The notes beneath the pieces are model-generated. The model was given only the letters and a program-made list of their open reading frames with translations, did not search any database and had not been told where the DNA came from. A program made the translations under genes and the position numbers. A stretch of DNA of 64,000 bases from an uncultured Clostridia bacterium (lineage in GTDB: Bacteria > Bacillota > Clostridia > Lachnospirales > Anaerotignaceae), in NCBI GenBank assembly GCA_902477755.1, contig CABSIK010000003.1, forward strand, positions 148,912 to 212,911. Direction: 5' to 3'. The first letter of the stretch is position 1. The number at the start of each line of letters is the position of its first letter. Positions 55,884 to 64,000 of the stretch are shown piece by piece.

Positions 55884-58655
55884 TTATTCCAATTTTTTGC
55901 CTTGTTTTACAGCAAAATACCGCTCGTCCTGCCCCAGTTTCCGCAGCACGGACAAAAGTGCGGCAAGACCATCTCTGGTCAGGCATTTTTTACCATTTCT
56001 TGTCATTTCATAGGCGATGGAAAGGCAGTCCTCCGCCCGTTCCAGACTGCCGTTGGCGGCATACATCCGTCCAATGCGGTCACATAGCTTGCCGTATGCT
56101 TCTGTTTCTCTGCCTTTGGCTGTCCCTAACAGCAAAGCACGGTCCAAAAGGGTATTCGCTTCTTTCTGGTTACCCTGGGCAATATGAGAAGCCGCTGTTT
56201 TCAGAAGCAAACGAGCGAAATTCTCTGATTCCCCTTCCATCATACGGGTTGCCAGCGCCAATTCACTAAAACTTTCCGCCGCTTCCTTATGGCGTCCGCT
56301 GTCTGCCAGCAATCTGCCTGTGCGTTCCAGTCTGCGCTGGTACTGTTTTCCTCTGGGAAGCTGCAAATCACGGAACAGCCGCACGTAAGGCAGATACATG
56401 CCAACCGCTTTTTCCTTTTCGCCCATGGCAAAATAGCAGTCGCCGATTTCCGCCAGCAGTTCGCAGTAATCTTTCGTTTTCACACTGTCATATTCTTCGA
56501 TGTAATTCTTAGCGTTGGTAAGCTTTTGCAGACCTTTCAGGTATTCTCCTGCTGTCAGGTACCATTCTCCCAGTCTGCGGCATGCCTGGGCATATTCCAT
56601 GCCTTCCGCCGCCTGTTCTGCCGCCTGATACCAGAAAAATGCCTGTTCCCGGTTGCCTGTACGCATTTGCAGATCCCCCAGAGAGATAGCATTGCGCACC
56701 GCTTCTGCGTCCAGAGATTGTGCCTGTTCTCCTCGCTGTGCCAGCATTTCCGTAAAAAGGTCTTTGGCCTTCTGGAGCCGCCGTCTTTCTTCCATTTTTG
56801 CCTGACGTTCCGCCCCTTCATAAGGCAGTTTTCCTTTGTTTGCCAGCAAATCATACTGCTGGTGACGTTTTGCGAATTTCTCCGTCAGTCCGCCTCCGGA
56901 ACGGCTGAGTTTTTCCACCGCTTCTTTTCGATATGCCTCCGCCTTTTTCTCATTGCCCATGGCAAGATAACAAACAGCAACAGCCAGCAATGTTTCCGCC
57001 GCACGTTGTTTTTCTTCTGCCGTTTCCTCATAGTTTGCGTCATTGATGGCAAGATAATGCTGTACTGCCACAGCGTAATCGCCTTTGCGCACACAAACTT
57101 CTGCCAGATATTCCAGTGTTTTCAAATATCTTGGATTGTCCTCATCCAGCATTTCCTTCTGGATGGCGGCACTTTCTGTCAAAATCTGAATGGCTTCATC
57201 GTATTGTTTTTCTCTTGCCAAAATCTCACCCAGTTTTGCCAGACCAATGGCATATTCCGGATGATTTTTGCTGAAATGCTTTTCCAACAGTTCTATGGCT
57301 TCTCGGCAAAGGGCAGCCGCCGCCTGCCCTTCTCCTGCTTTCTGCTTCACATCTGCCAAAAGCTGTAAGCCACCAATCAAATCACGGTCTGTACCCGTTT
57401 CCGCTTCTCTGCGGATATACAGAGCCTCCTGCAAGTATTCTGCCGCCGCTTCATAAGCGCCTTTGGCTGTAAAAAGCCCTGCAATCTGCTCCAGCGTATC
57501 CGCATACAAAGGGTCCATTCTGCCTACGGTATCCCGACGAATGAGCAAGGCTTTTTCGTAAGCCGCAAGGGCATCTGTGTCCCGTCCCATTTTTTCGTAA
57601 AGTCTGCCGCGGCTCATGTAGCACACAGCCACCTGTGGATGGGACTCTCCCAAAGCCGCTTCTTTCCGCCGCAAAGCCTCTGCGTTGGCTTCCAGCGCCT
57701 TTTCCATCTGTCCCATGCCGCTGTAATCAGCACTCATGTTGTTCAGGGTATCAGCGTAAAACAAATGGTCACCGCCCAGCACTTCTCTTACCAGCTTCAG
57801 CACTTCTTCATGACACTGTAATGACTTTTCAAACATCCCTGCCTTACAGCACAATATGCCCAGACTATTCAAACTGTTGATGTAATCCAGATGGCTGTCC
57901 TTCATAATCTTCCGGCGCATCTGTACGGCTTTTTCACAGTATTCCACAGCCAGTTCGTTCCAGCCGGCTTTTTCGCAGACCTCCGCCAGAGATAATGTCC
58001 AGATCATATAACAAAAGCTTTCCTCCACCCCTGCCTTTTCCATAAAGTCCAGCGCCTTTTCGTAAGAAGAAATGGCACGTCTGTAATTTCCACCGCCGTC
58101 ATAAGCCGCTCCCAGAGAAGCGAAAATATCCGCCATATCTTCTTTGGAAAAATCCGCGGAGCGTCTTGCCCGCTCCAAAGCTTGCTGGTGGTACTCCACC
58201 GCTTTTTCGTACTGCTGGAGGTCTTCTTCCGTATTGCCCAGATGGAACAGGCTGTAAATGGTATCCACATGGTCTTTCCCCAGTTTTCCTTCGCGGATTT
58301 TCAGCACCTCACCATGGAATCTGCGGGCTTTCTCCCCTTCTCCCATGTTGTTGTAGGCAATGGCAAGGTTATTTACCGTATCCGCATAAGAAAGGCTTTC
58401 GCCGGAACAATCCCGTTTCAGCACAGCCGCTTTTTTGTAATACTCCACCGCCTTGGGATACATGCCCATGGTATCGAAAATAACCCCCAGATTGTGCATA
58501 TCCGACGCGTATTCCATGGTGTTGGCGTCATCATTTTCCAGATATTTCTGTAAGATATTTTTGCCCAGTATCAATGCTTTTTTATATTCACCGGCTCCAT
58601 AGGCCGCCTGCAGTTCCCGCCGCAGTTTACGGACTTCCGCAAAATAAAATCCCAT
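55884..58655 (-). CDS. large tetratricopeptide-repeat (TPR_10/12-like) protein, no catalytic domain seen
   Basis: ORF 55884..58709 trimmed to ATG 58655 (GGGGAGGTATGAAA ATG), 3 nt after the recX stop. Repeats of the A-x-x-Y-x-x-A-L type run through all 923 aa. Confidence 0.8.
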   Translation of the reverse strand: MGFYFAEVRKLRRELQAAYGAGEYKKALILGKNILQKYLENDDANTMEYASDMHNLGVIFDTMGMYPKAVEYYKKAAVLKRDCSGESLSYADTVNNLAIAYNNMGEGEKARRFHGEVLKIREGKLGKDHVDTIYSLFHLGNTEEDLQQYEKAVEYHQQALERARRSADFSKEDMADIFASLGAAYDGGGNYRRAISSYEKALDFMEKAGVEESFCYMIWTLSLAEVCEKAGWNELAVEYCEKAVQMRRKIMKDSHLDYINSLNSLGILCCKAGMFEKSLQCHEEVLKLVREVLGGDHLFYADTLNNMSADYSGMGQMEKALEANAEALRRKEAALGESHPQVAVCYMSRGRLYEKMGRDTDALAAYEKALLIRRDTVGRMDPLYADTLEQIAGLFTAKGAYEAAAEYLQEALYIRREAETGTDRDLIGGLQLLADVKQKAGEGQAAAALCREAIELLEKHFSKNHPEYAIGLAKLGEILAREKQYDEAIQILTESAAIQKEMLDEDNPRYLKTLEYLAEVCVRKGDYAVAVQHYLAINDANYEETAEEKQRAAETLLAVAVCYLAMGNEKKAEAYRKEAVEKLSRSGGGLTEKFAKRHQQYDLLANKGKLPYEGAERQAKMEERRRLQKAKDLFTEMLAQRGEQAQSLDAEAVRNAISLGDLQMRTGNREQAFFWYQAAEQAAEGMEYAQACRRLGEWYLTAGEYLKGLQKLTNAKNYIEEYDSVKTKDYCELLAEIGDCYFAMGEKEKAVGMYLPYVRLFRDLQLPRGKQYQRRLERTGRLLADSGRHKEAAESFSELALATRMMEGESENFARLLLKTAASHIAQGNQKEANTLLDRALLLGTAKGRETEAYGKLCDRIGRMYAANGSLERAEDCLSIAYEMTRNGKKCLTRDGLAALLSVLRKLGQDERYFAVKQGKKLE

Positions 58656-58657
58656 TT

Positions 58658-59281
58658 TCATACCTCCCCTGCTTCCACAAGCGCCATAGCCTCCCGAATG
58701 GTGTCCCATCGGTAGCCTTTTCGCTGCAAAAAGCCGTAAAGCCGTTGTTTTTCTTTCTCATCCAATTCCAGATTGCCCCTCGTTTTTTTCAGTATCCAAC
58801 GGGCAGCGTCTTCCGCTTCGTTCAGGTCTGTTTCTGCCAGCACTTCTTCGGCGATTTTCTCAGAAATGCCCTTTTGCCGCAGTTCCATTTTGAGGGCATA
58901 AGCTCCCTTGGGTTTCAGCCGCAGCCGTTCCTTCACAAAGCTTTTAGCATAGGCTTTGTCGTCGCAGTAGCCATAACGACAAAGAAAGTCCATGACCTTT
59001 TCGATGACTTGGGGCGCAAATTCCTTTTCTGTCAGCTTCCGCCGCAGTTCCGCCTCCGTCCGCATTTTATAGCCCAGATAATGGAGGGCTGTATCCTGTG
59101 CCTGTATATAAATCAGATTATCCTGAATGATATCGTAGGTTTCCTGTAAAATGGGCTCCCCCTCACGCAGTTTAAAATACAGCACGTCCTGTGCAATGAG
59201 GGAAAAAGCAAATTCCCCATCAATAAAAATATTTCGTTTCGCAGGATCTTTTTTCTGCGGAATGATGGCTGTCACCAGCAT
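58658..59281 (-). CDS. recX: recombination regulator RecX
   Basis: ORF 58658..59308 trimmed to ATG 59281 (GGAGAGAATGCC ATG). Three-helix repeats ALHYLGYKMRTEAELRRKL... and FLQRKGYRWDTI. Confidence 0.8.
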   Translation of the reverse strand: MLVTAIIPQKKDPAKRNIFIDGEFAFSLIAQDVLYFKLREGEPILQETYDIIQDNLIYIQAQDTALHYLGYKMRTEAELRRKLTEKEFAPQVIEKVMDFLCRYGYCDDKAYAKSFVKERLRLKPKGAYALKMELRQKGISEKIAEEVLAETDLNEAEDAARWILKKTRGNLELDEKEKQRLYGFLQRKGYRWDTIREAMALVEAGEV

Positions 59282-59316
59282 GGCATTCTCTCCTTGCTCT
59301 GATTTCATATCTTATT

Positions 59317-59346
59317 AGTATACTACAAATGATAGGAAAATGCCAA
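59317..59346 (-). promoter_or_regulatory. sigma-70-like promoter of recX
   Basis: Minus strand TTGGCA (59346..59341), 18 nt spacer, TATACT (59322..59317). Confidence 0.45.
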
Positions 59347-59359
59347 GGTGTTCCGTCCA

Positions 59360-59390
59360 TAAAAAAGCCCTCTGTTTTCACAGAGGGCTT
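59360..59390 (-). terminator. intrinsic terminator of the permease gene
   Basis: Minus strand AGCCCUCUG-UGAAAA-CAGAGGGCU followed by UUUUUUAUGG. Confidence 0.8.
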
Positions 59391-59400
59391 TGATGTGTTC

Positions 59401-60780
59401 TTATACAAAAAGATATTTCAATATAAATGCAATTGCCAGTACATACATGAGCCAGTGTACTTTCTTTTCTCTTACCTTACCTGAAACAATCTGAATCAAC
59501 ACATAAGAGATGACGCCCAGGGCAATACCTTCAGAAATGGAATACATGAAAGGCATCACAATCATGGCAACGAAAGCAGGAATGGCTTCGCTCATATCAT
59601 CGAAATCAATGCGGAACACAGTTGTGATCATCATAAACCCAACAACTACCAACGCAGGTGCTGTCGCGAAAGAAGGAATCGCCAGGAAAATGGGAGAAAG
59701 GAACAGTGCAACCGCAAACAGCAGACCTGTTACAACGGAAGTCAGACCAGTTCTGCCACCAGCCATAACGCCGGAGGAGCTTTCTACATAGGTGCTGACA
59801 GTAGATGTACCCAGAACCGCGCCCAAGCTTGTACCAACTGCGTCTGCCATGAGGGCGCCGCGGATACGAGGCAGTCTGCCCTGTTCATCCAGCATGTCCG
59901 CTTTGGAAGCAACACCGATAAGGGTTCCCATGGTGTCAAACAGGTCAACAAACAGGAATGAGAGCATAACTGTGATGAAATTCAAGCCCAAGAGCCCTGA
60001 AAAATCCATCTGCATCAAAGTAGGTTTCAAAGAAGGAATCCCAAAACCTGCGGAAAAATCAGGCAGTACAGAATACATTCCCAGTTCCGGATTGGGCTGA
60101 TAAATTCCAGCTACCTGCAACAGGATGCCCAGCAGCCATGTGCACAGGATACCCAGCAAAATGCCGCCGGGCACTTTTTTGATCATAAACGCAACAGTCA
60201 GGATAATCCCAACGAATGCCAGCAATGCGCCAATGCCTTCAGACCAGAATCTGCCGTCAGCCAGTGCCGCTTTGAAGGGATAAATAGCTACCAGTGTGGA
60301 GCCGTCCACCACCAGTTTGGAATTCTGGAAACCGATGAAAGCAATGAACAAACCAATACCACAGGTGATACCGGCTTTCAGAGACATGGGGATACAGTTA
60401 AAGATGGCTTCACGCACATTTGTAAGGGAAAGCACGATGAAGATAATCCCTTCCACAAATACCGCTGCCAGTGCTACATGCCAAGTAAAGCCCATCTGCC
60501 CTACAACTGTGTAGGCAAAAAAAGCGTTCAAGCCCATGCCAGGTGCCAGTGCAAAGGGATAATTGGAAAAGGCAGCCATCATCAGTGTTGCCAGACAGGA
60601 TGCCAGCGCCGTTGCTGTAAATACCGCGCCGCTGTCCATACCTGCTGATGACAGTACAGACGGGTTTACCGCAAGGATATACGCCATTGTCATAAATGTG
60701 GTAATCCCTGCCAATACTTCCGTTTTTACATTGGTATGGTTCTTTGAAAGATGAAACGTTCTCTCCAACAGACCATTCAT
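59401..60780 (-). CDS. NCS2/AzgA-family purine (adenine/guanine/hypoxanthine) permease
   Basis: 459 aa. N-terminus FHLSKNHTNVKTEVLAGITTFMTMAYILAVNP is typical of the PbuG/PbuO/AzgA group. About 13 TM helices. Confidence 0.85.
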   Translation of the reverse strand: MNGLLERTFHLSKNHTNVKTEVLAGITTFMTMAYILAVNPSVLSSAGMDSGAVFTATALASCLATLMMAAFSNYPFALAPGMGLNAFFAYTVVGQMGFTWHVALAAVFVEGIIFIVLSLTNVREAIFNCIPMSLKAGITCGIGLFIAFIGFQNSKLVVDGSTLVAIYPFKAALADGRFWSEGIGALLAFVGIILTVAFMIKKVPGGILLGILCTWLLGILLQVAGIYQPNPELGMYSVLPDFSAGFGIPSLKPTLMQMDFSGLLGLNFITVMLSFLFVDLFDTMGTLIGVASKADMLDEQGRLPRIRGALMADAVGTSLGAVLGTSTVSTYVESSSGVMAGGRTGLTSVVTGLLFAVALFLSPIFLAIPSFATAPALVVVGFMMITTVFRIDFDDMSEAIPAFVAMIVMPFMYSISEGIALGVISYVLIQIVSGKVREKKVHWLMYVLAIAFILKYLFV

Positions 60781-60935
60781 TGGTAAAATCCTCCTTTTTC
60801 TTCTTTACTTCAGAGTTTATTTGCATTATCAGCGTATTAAATTTTTCTATCCCTGTCAATGATTTTCTTAATGAAATCTTAACGTTTCACGAAAAAATAC
60901 AATTTTTCAATTCCATCCACCTCGGACAAATAGCC

Positions 60936-60964
60936 TTGACAAAAAAACACCAGCACTCTAAGAT
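60936..60964 (+). promoter_or_regulatory. sigma-70-like promoter of the DUF4430/ECF-S pair
   Basis: TTGACA (60936..60941), 17 nt spacer, TAAGAT (60959..60964). AGGAGG at 60984..60989, ATG at 60995. Confidence 0.5.
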
Positions 60965-60994
60965 AAAAAGAAAAACACCCCTTAGGAGGTCATT

Positions 60995-61387
60995 ATGCAG
61001 AAAAAACAAACAAAACTTGCCGGCATAATTCTTGCAATTTGCTGTATCCTTGCAGTGATTCTTTTTTTCCAGACCAGACCGGACACAACCGCCGGCGAAA
61101 AACAGATCACCATTTCTGTCATTCATAGTGACAGCAGTAAAAGTACATTTTCCTATGACACAGACGCGGAATATCTGGGGGAAGCACTGACAGAGCAAGG
61201 GCTTGCCGAAGGTACCGATGGGCCTTACGGCATGTTCATCACCACCGTTGACGGAGAAACCGCCGACGAAAGCAAAGAACAATGGTGGTGCATCACAAAA
61301 GCAGGAGAAATGGTCAATACCGGTGCAGATCAGACTCCTGTACAAGATCAGGATGTCTTTGAACTGACTTTGAAAGAAGGCTATTGA
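60995..61387 (+). CDS. membrane-anchored DUF4430 (transcobalamin-like beta domain) protein
   Basis: 130 aa. N-terminal anchor LAGIILAICCILAVILFF. GPYGMFITTVDGETADESKEQWWCITKAGEMVNTGADQTPVQDQDVFELTL matches the DUF4430 pattern. Confidence 0.7.
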   Translation: MQKKQTKLAGIILAICCILAVILFFQTRPDTTAGEKQITISVIHSDSSKSTFSYDTDAEYLGEALTEQGLAEGTDGPYGMFITTVDGETADESKEQWWCITKAGEMVNTGADQTPVQDQDVFELTLKEGY

Positions 61388-61388
61388 T

Positions 61389-61886
61389 TTGACAAAGCAG
61401 AATATCCACGAACTGGTGATTTTAGGGCTTTTTACCGCCATACTGTTTCTGGGACAGGTTTTTCTGGCATTCCTGCCCAATATTGAAGTGGTGAGCCTGC
61501 TTATCATCCTCTACACCCTCACATGCGGAAAAAAAGTTTTCCTCATCATATATGCCTTCGTACTGCTGGAGGGCTTCTGTTACGGCTTTGGTATGTGGTG
61601 GTTCAGCTATCTCTACATCTGGAGCATACTGGCTCTCGCTGTTTTGTTCTTCCGTCAAAACTGTTCTGCTCTTTTCTGGAGCATTCTTTCTGGCTTCTTC
61701 GGACTGGCATTCGGCGCATTATGTGCCCTGCCCTATCTCATCGCCGGCGGTATTGGAGCCGCTTTCGCCTATTGGACGTCGGGCTTGCTTTTTGATGTAA
61801 CCCACTGCATAGGCAATTTTGCAGTCTGTTTTGTGCTTTTCCATCCTCTGCATCGGCTGCTGAAACGACTATATCCCACACCATAA
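61389..61886 (+). CDS. small polytopic membrane protein, probable ECF-transporter S component
   Basis: 165 aa. TTG start 1 nt after the upstream stop. 5-6 TM helices. Size, topology and pairing with DUF4430 suggest an S component. Family assignment not verified. Confidence 0.45.
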   Translation: MTKQNIHELVILGLFTAILFLGQVFLAFLPNIEVVSLLIILYTLTCGKKVFLIIYAFVLLEGFCYGFGMWWFSYLYIWSILALAVLFFRQNCSALFWSILSGFFGLAFGALCALPYLIAGGIGAAFAYWTSGLLFDVTHCIGNFAVCFVLFHPLHRLLKRLYPTP

Positions 61887-62068
61887 AAAAACAGGCAGAC
61901 GGTCTTTTTTATTTGCTGCCGGGAATTACTTAGAAAAAAAGTCTTTTGACAATCCTGTGAAGTCACAGCCGTCAAAAGGCTTTTCTCTATAAATCATGCA
62001 TCTTGCGTATTGAACATTTATTTTTCTGCCAGCTTATATAGAATCTTTTTCCGGCAGATATTTTTTCA

Positions 62069-62629
62069 TCATTCACCAAAAAGTTCTTTTACAAAAGGCG
62101 GTATCAGTCTTCCGAAAAGTTCTGTCATAAATGCCGGACTTTCTTTCATGCCGTTGCTGACCCACTTTGTGAACATAAAACATCCCCCAAAGGTGAAATA
62201 CTCCAATTCCCTGTATTCATCCTCATTCATGGTATAGTGATGGATTTCCGTGATGTTTCTGCTCAGTTCAGACAAAATCCTTTCCTGACCGTAATCGGTG
62301 ATAAAGGAGAATTCCGATTGGGAAAATGCCTTGATGAACAGCTCCTTGTATTTGAGCATTTCCTCAAACTGGCGCATTTTCGCTTCTCTCCAGCCATAAG
62401 GATTTCCCATTTTATACAGGCTCATGTCATTGCACTCATCCCACAGCCAGAAAACAGCATCGTCGATATTATAAAAATATCTGTAGAATGTGGCTCTGCT
62501 GACGCCGCCTGTTTTGCATATATCAATGACTTTCAGTTTGTCATAATCAGTATAGTGCGCCATCTGGTTCAGCGCTCTGATAATGGCATATCTCATTTCA
62601 TTGTTCTGTACCATATTTTCTTTTCTCAC
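62069..62629 (-). CDS. TetR/AcrR-family transcriptional regulator
   Basis: 186 aa. GTG start 5 nt after AGAGGTG. HTH KVIDICKTGGVSRATFYRYF. Confidence 0.8.
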   Translation of the reverse strand: MRKENMVQNNEMRYAIIRALNQMAHYTDYDKLKVIDICKTGGVSRATFYRYFYNIDDAVFWLWDECNDMSLYKMGNPYGWREAKMRQFEEMLKYKELFIKAFSQSEFSFITDYGQERILSELSRNITEIHHYTMNEDEYRELEYFTFGGCFMFTKWVSNGMKESPAFMTELFGRLIPPFVKELFGE

Positions 62630-62666
62630 ATCTACACCTCTTATGAAAACCTGATTTTACCATTTC

Positions 62667-64000
62667 TTACAGATACAGACCTGCGTAATATCCATGATGG
62701 ATTGCTGCAACTGCCTGACCGGGTCTGTAGCAGTCACCCAGAGGGATGAAGTCTACCACTGTATCGCGCAGTGCTTCCACTTCGTCACTTCTGGATCTCA
62801 TACCTACTGCACACAGAATTGTGTCCGCAGGGAATACCATTTCATTGTTGTCTTTATCTGCGGCTACAACGCCTTCTTCTGTGATTCTGAGAACTTTTAC
62901 CCCTGTTCTCATGTCAATGCCGTCTCTCACCTGAATGTTCAGACCCATTTTGTGGAACATATTCGCATCGGAAGCAAAATCGTCTTTCATTTCCAGAACT
63001 GTTACCTTTTTGCCTTTGTTTCTGAAGTCGATAGCAGATTCTGTACCTACCAGACCACCGCCGATGATCACAACGCGTTCACCGATTTCCAGATCATCTC
63101 TCTGCAGGTCATTTGCAAAGATTACACGGCTGTCATCAATGCCTTCAAAAGGAGGTTTGATGGGTGTTGCGCCAATGGCACAGATCAGTGCATCCGGCTG
63201 GATTTCTGCTACCAGTTCAGGTGTTACTTTTGTATTCATGCGCAGTTCGATGTTAGGATTTTTTGCAACCTGCGCAGGCAGATATGTATGGGCAAAATGA
63301 TAGAAATTCTTTTTGAAGTCTACATGTTTTTCATTGAGCACCGCACCGCCCAGTTTGTCGCTGCTTTCGCACAGAATAACTGTATGACCTCTGTCTGCCG
63401 CAGATACTGCAGCCTGCATGCCGCCAACGCCGCCGCCGGCAACAAGGACTTTTTTCAGTTTTTTCGGAGGTGCAGGAGGACAGATGAACCGTTCTTCTTC
63501 ACCGATCACAGGATTCAGGGCACATGCCACATCTCTGGGGCCAATGATTGTAGAGAAGCAGTAATGGCAGCGCATACATTTTACGATATCTTCATAGCGG
63601 CCTTCTTTTGCTTTTTTCGGCATGAAGGGGTCAGCCATCAGTTCACGAGCCATGGCAACTGCATCTACTTTGCCGCTTGCAATCCATTCTTCGCATTCAT
63701 CCAGATCGTTGATGGCACCTACAACAGATACAGGCACATGTACATTCTTTTTGATTTCCGCAGCCATTTCCAGATTCAGTCCATGAGGTCTGAACATATC
63801 GGGATGTGTACGCACAAAACATTCGGGGTCATTCTGGTTGCCGGCACTGATGTTGAACATATCTACATAATCCTGCAGACCTTTTGCGATTTCAATAGCC
63901 TGTTCCAGTGTTGTGCCGCCTTCGATGACCTGAGAGCCGTTCATGCGGAATTCGATGGGGAAACCGGGGCCAACAGCTTCTCTCACTGCTTTCAGAATCA
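62667..64000 (-). CDS. OYE-like FMN / FAD-NAD(P) oxidoreductase (2-enoate reductase / 2,4-dienoyl-CoA reductase family), N-terminus outside window
   Basis: The reading frame is open to the window edge. Contains the end of the TIM-barrel, a 4Fe-4S Cys motif CMRCHYCFS...C, and a Rossmann motif VLVAGGGVGGMQAA. Confidence 0.8.
   Translation of the reverse strand, partial: ILKAVREAVGPGFPIEFRMNGSQVIEGGTTLEQAIEIAKGLQDYVDMFNISAGNQNDPECFVRTHPDMFRPHGLNLEMAAEIKKNVHVPVSVVGAINDLDECEEWIASGKVDAVAMARELMADPFMPKKAKEGRYEDIVKCMRCHYCFSTIIGPRDVACALNPVIGEEERFICPPAPPKKLKKVLVAGGGVGGMQAAVSAADRGHTVILCESSDKLGGAVLNEKHVDFKKNFYHFAHTYLPAQVAKNPNIELRMNTKVTPELVAEIQPDALICAIGATPIKPPFEGIDDSRVIFANDLQRDDLEIGERVVIIGGGLVGTESAIDFRNKGKKVTVLEMKDDFASDANMFHKMGLNIQVRDGIDMRTGVKVLRITEEGVVAADKDNNEMVFPADTILCAVGMRSRSDEVEALRDTVVDFIPLGDCYRPGQAVAAIHHGYYAGLYL

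Noticed and set aside
60781-60935. Looked for a purine/guanine riboswitch upstream of the NCS2 purine permease
   Set aside because: The minus-strand leader from the putative TTGACA is only about 70 nt (GATAATGCAAATAAACTCTGAAGTAAAGAAGAAAAAGGAGG). It shows none of the conserved purine-aptamer elements (UAUAAUC...CCGUAAAUG-like) or a three-way junction.
60860-60994. Looked for a cobalamin riboswitch upstream of the DUF4430 gene
   Set aside because: There are only about 25 nt between the predicted -10 and the SD, with no B12-box (GCCACUG-like) sequence.

Overview
This looks like a chromosomal core region of a moderate-GC Firmicute. FabK-type FAS II, rimP-nusA-ylxR-ylxQ-infB-rbfA-nrnA-truB-ribF, rplU-prp-rpmA-obg and a PurO-type IMP cyclohydrolase point to Clostridia, but I cannot name the species. 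I support 62 protein genes (two cut by the window edges) and one tRNA-Pro(CGG). I also call a ZTP riboswitch, an L21-leader candidate, several intrinsic terminators and sigma-70-like promoters read by eye, and a five-copy intergenic repeat family. I saw no rRNA, CRISPR array, transposase, integrase, phage gene or recognisable defence gene. Gene order: fabD-fabK-acpP-fabH and an ECF sigma/anti-sigma pair (1-4.0 kb); tRNA-Pro and two uncharacterised genes (4.2-5.5 kb); hflX, dapF, an M16 peptidase, pnp and rpsO (5.6-12.2 kb); the rimP-to-ribF operon (13.3-21.1 kb); an orphan PLP decarboxylase; an amino-acid ABC transporter plus deoC; a 21-kb head-to-head purine (purE-F-M-N-O-B-H-D-L, minus strand) and pyrimidine (pyrC-carB-pyrK-D-F-E-B-I, plus strand) block; a split two-component system; mutS2; obg-rpmA-prp-rplU; a 923-aa TPR protein with recX; a purine permease; a DUF4430/ECF-S pair; and a TetR regulator with an OYE-type reductase. 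I did not find a convincing novel multi-gene system, and most of the window is ordinary housekeeping. The signals most worth a second look are: (1) the ZTP riboswitch, whose two subdomains are separated by an unusually long 177-nt linker; (2) the nested-palindrome repeat family, one copy sitting inside the stem of the pyr operon terminator; (3) a response regulator and histidine kinase separated by an opposite-strand small membrane protein gene, with palindromic overlapping promoters and a 7-codon coupled uORF; (4) a 350-bp AT-rich island with a recurring GAAAATTT motif; (5) a pyr operon without carA and a pur operon without purC or purK. Start codons were refined by eye from Shine-Dalgarno (SD) spacing. 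Promoters and RNA structures are sequence-based predictions only.
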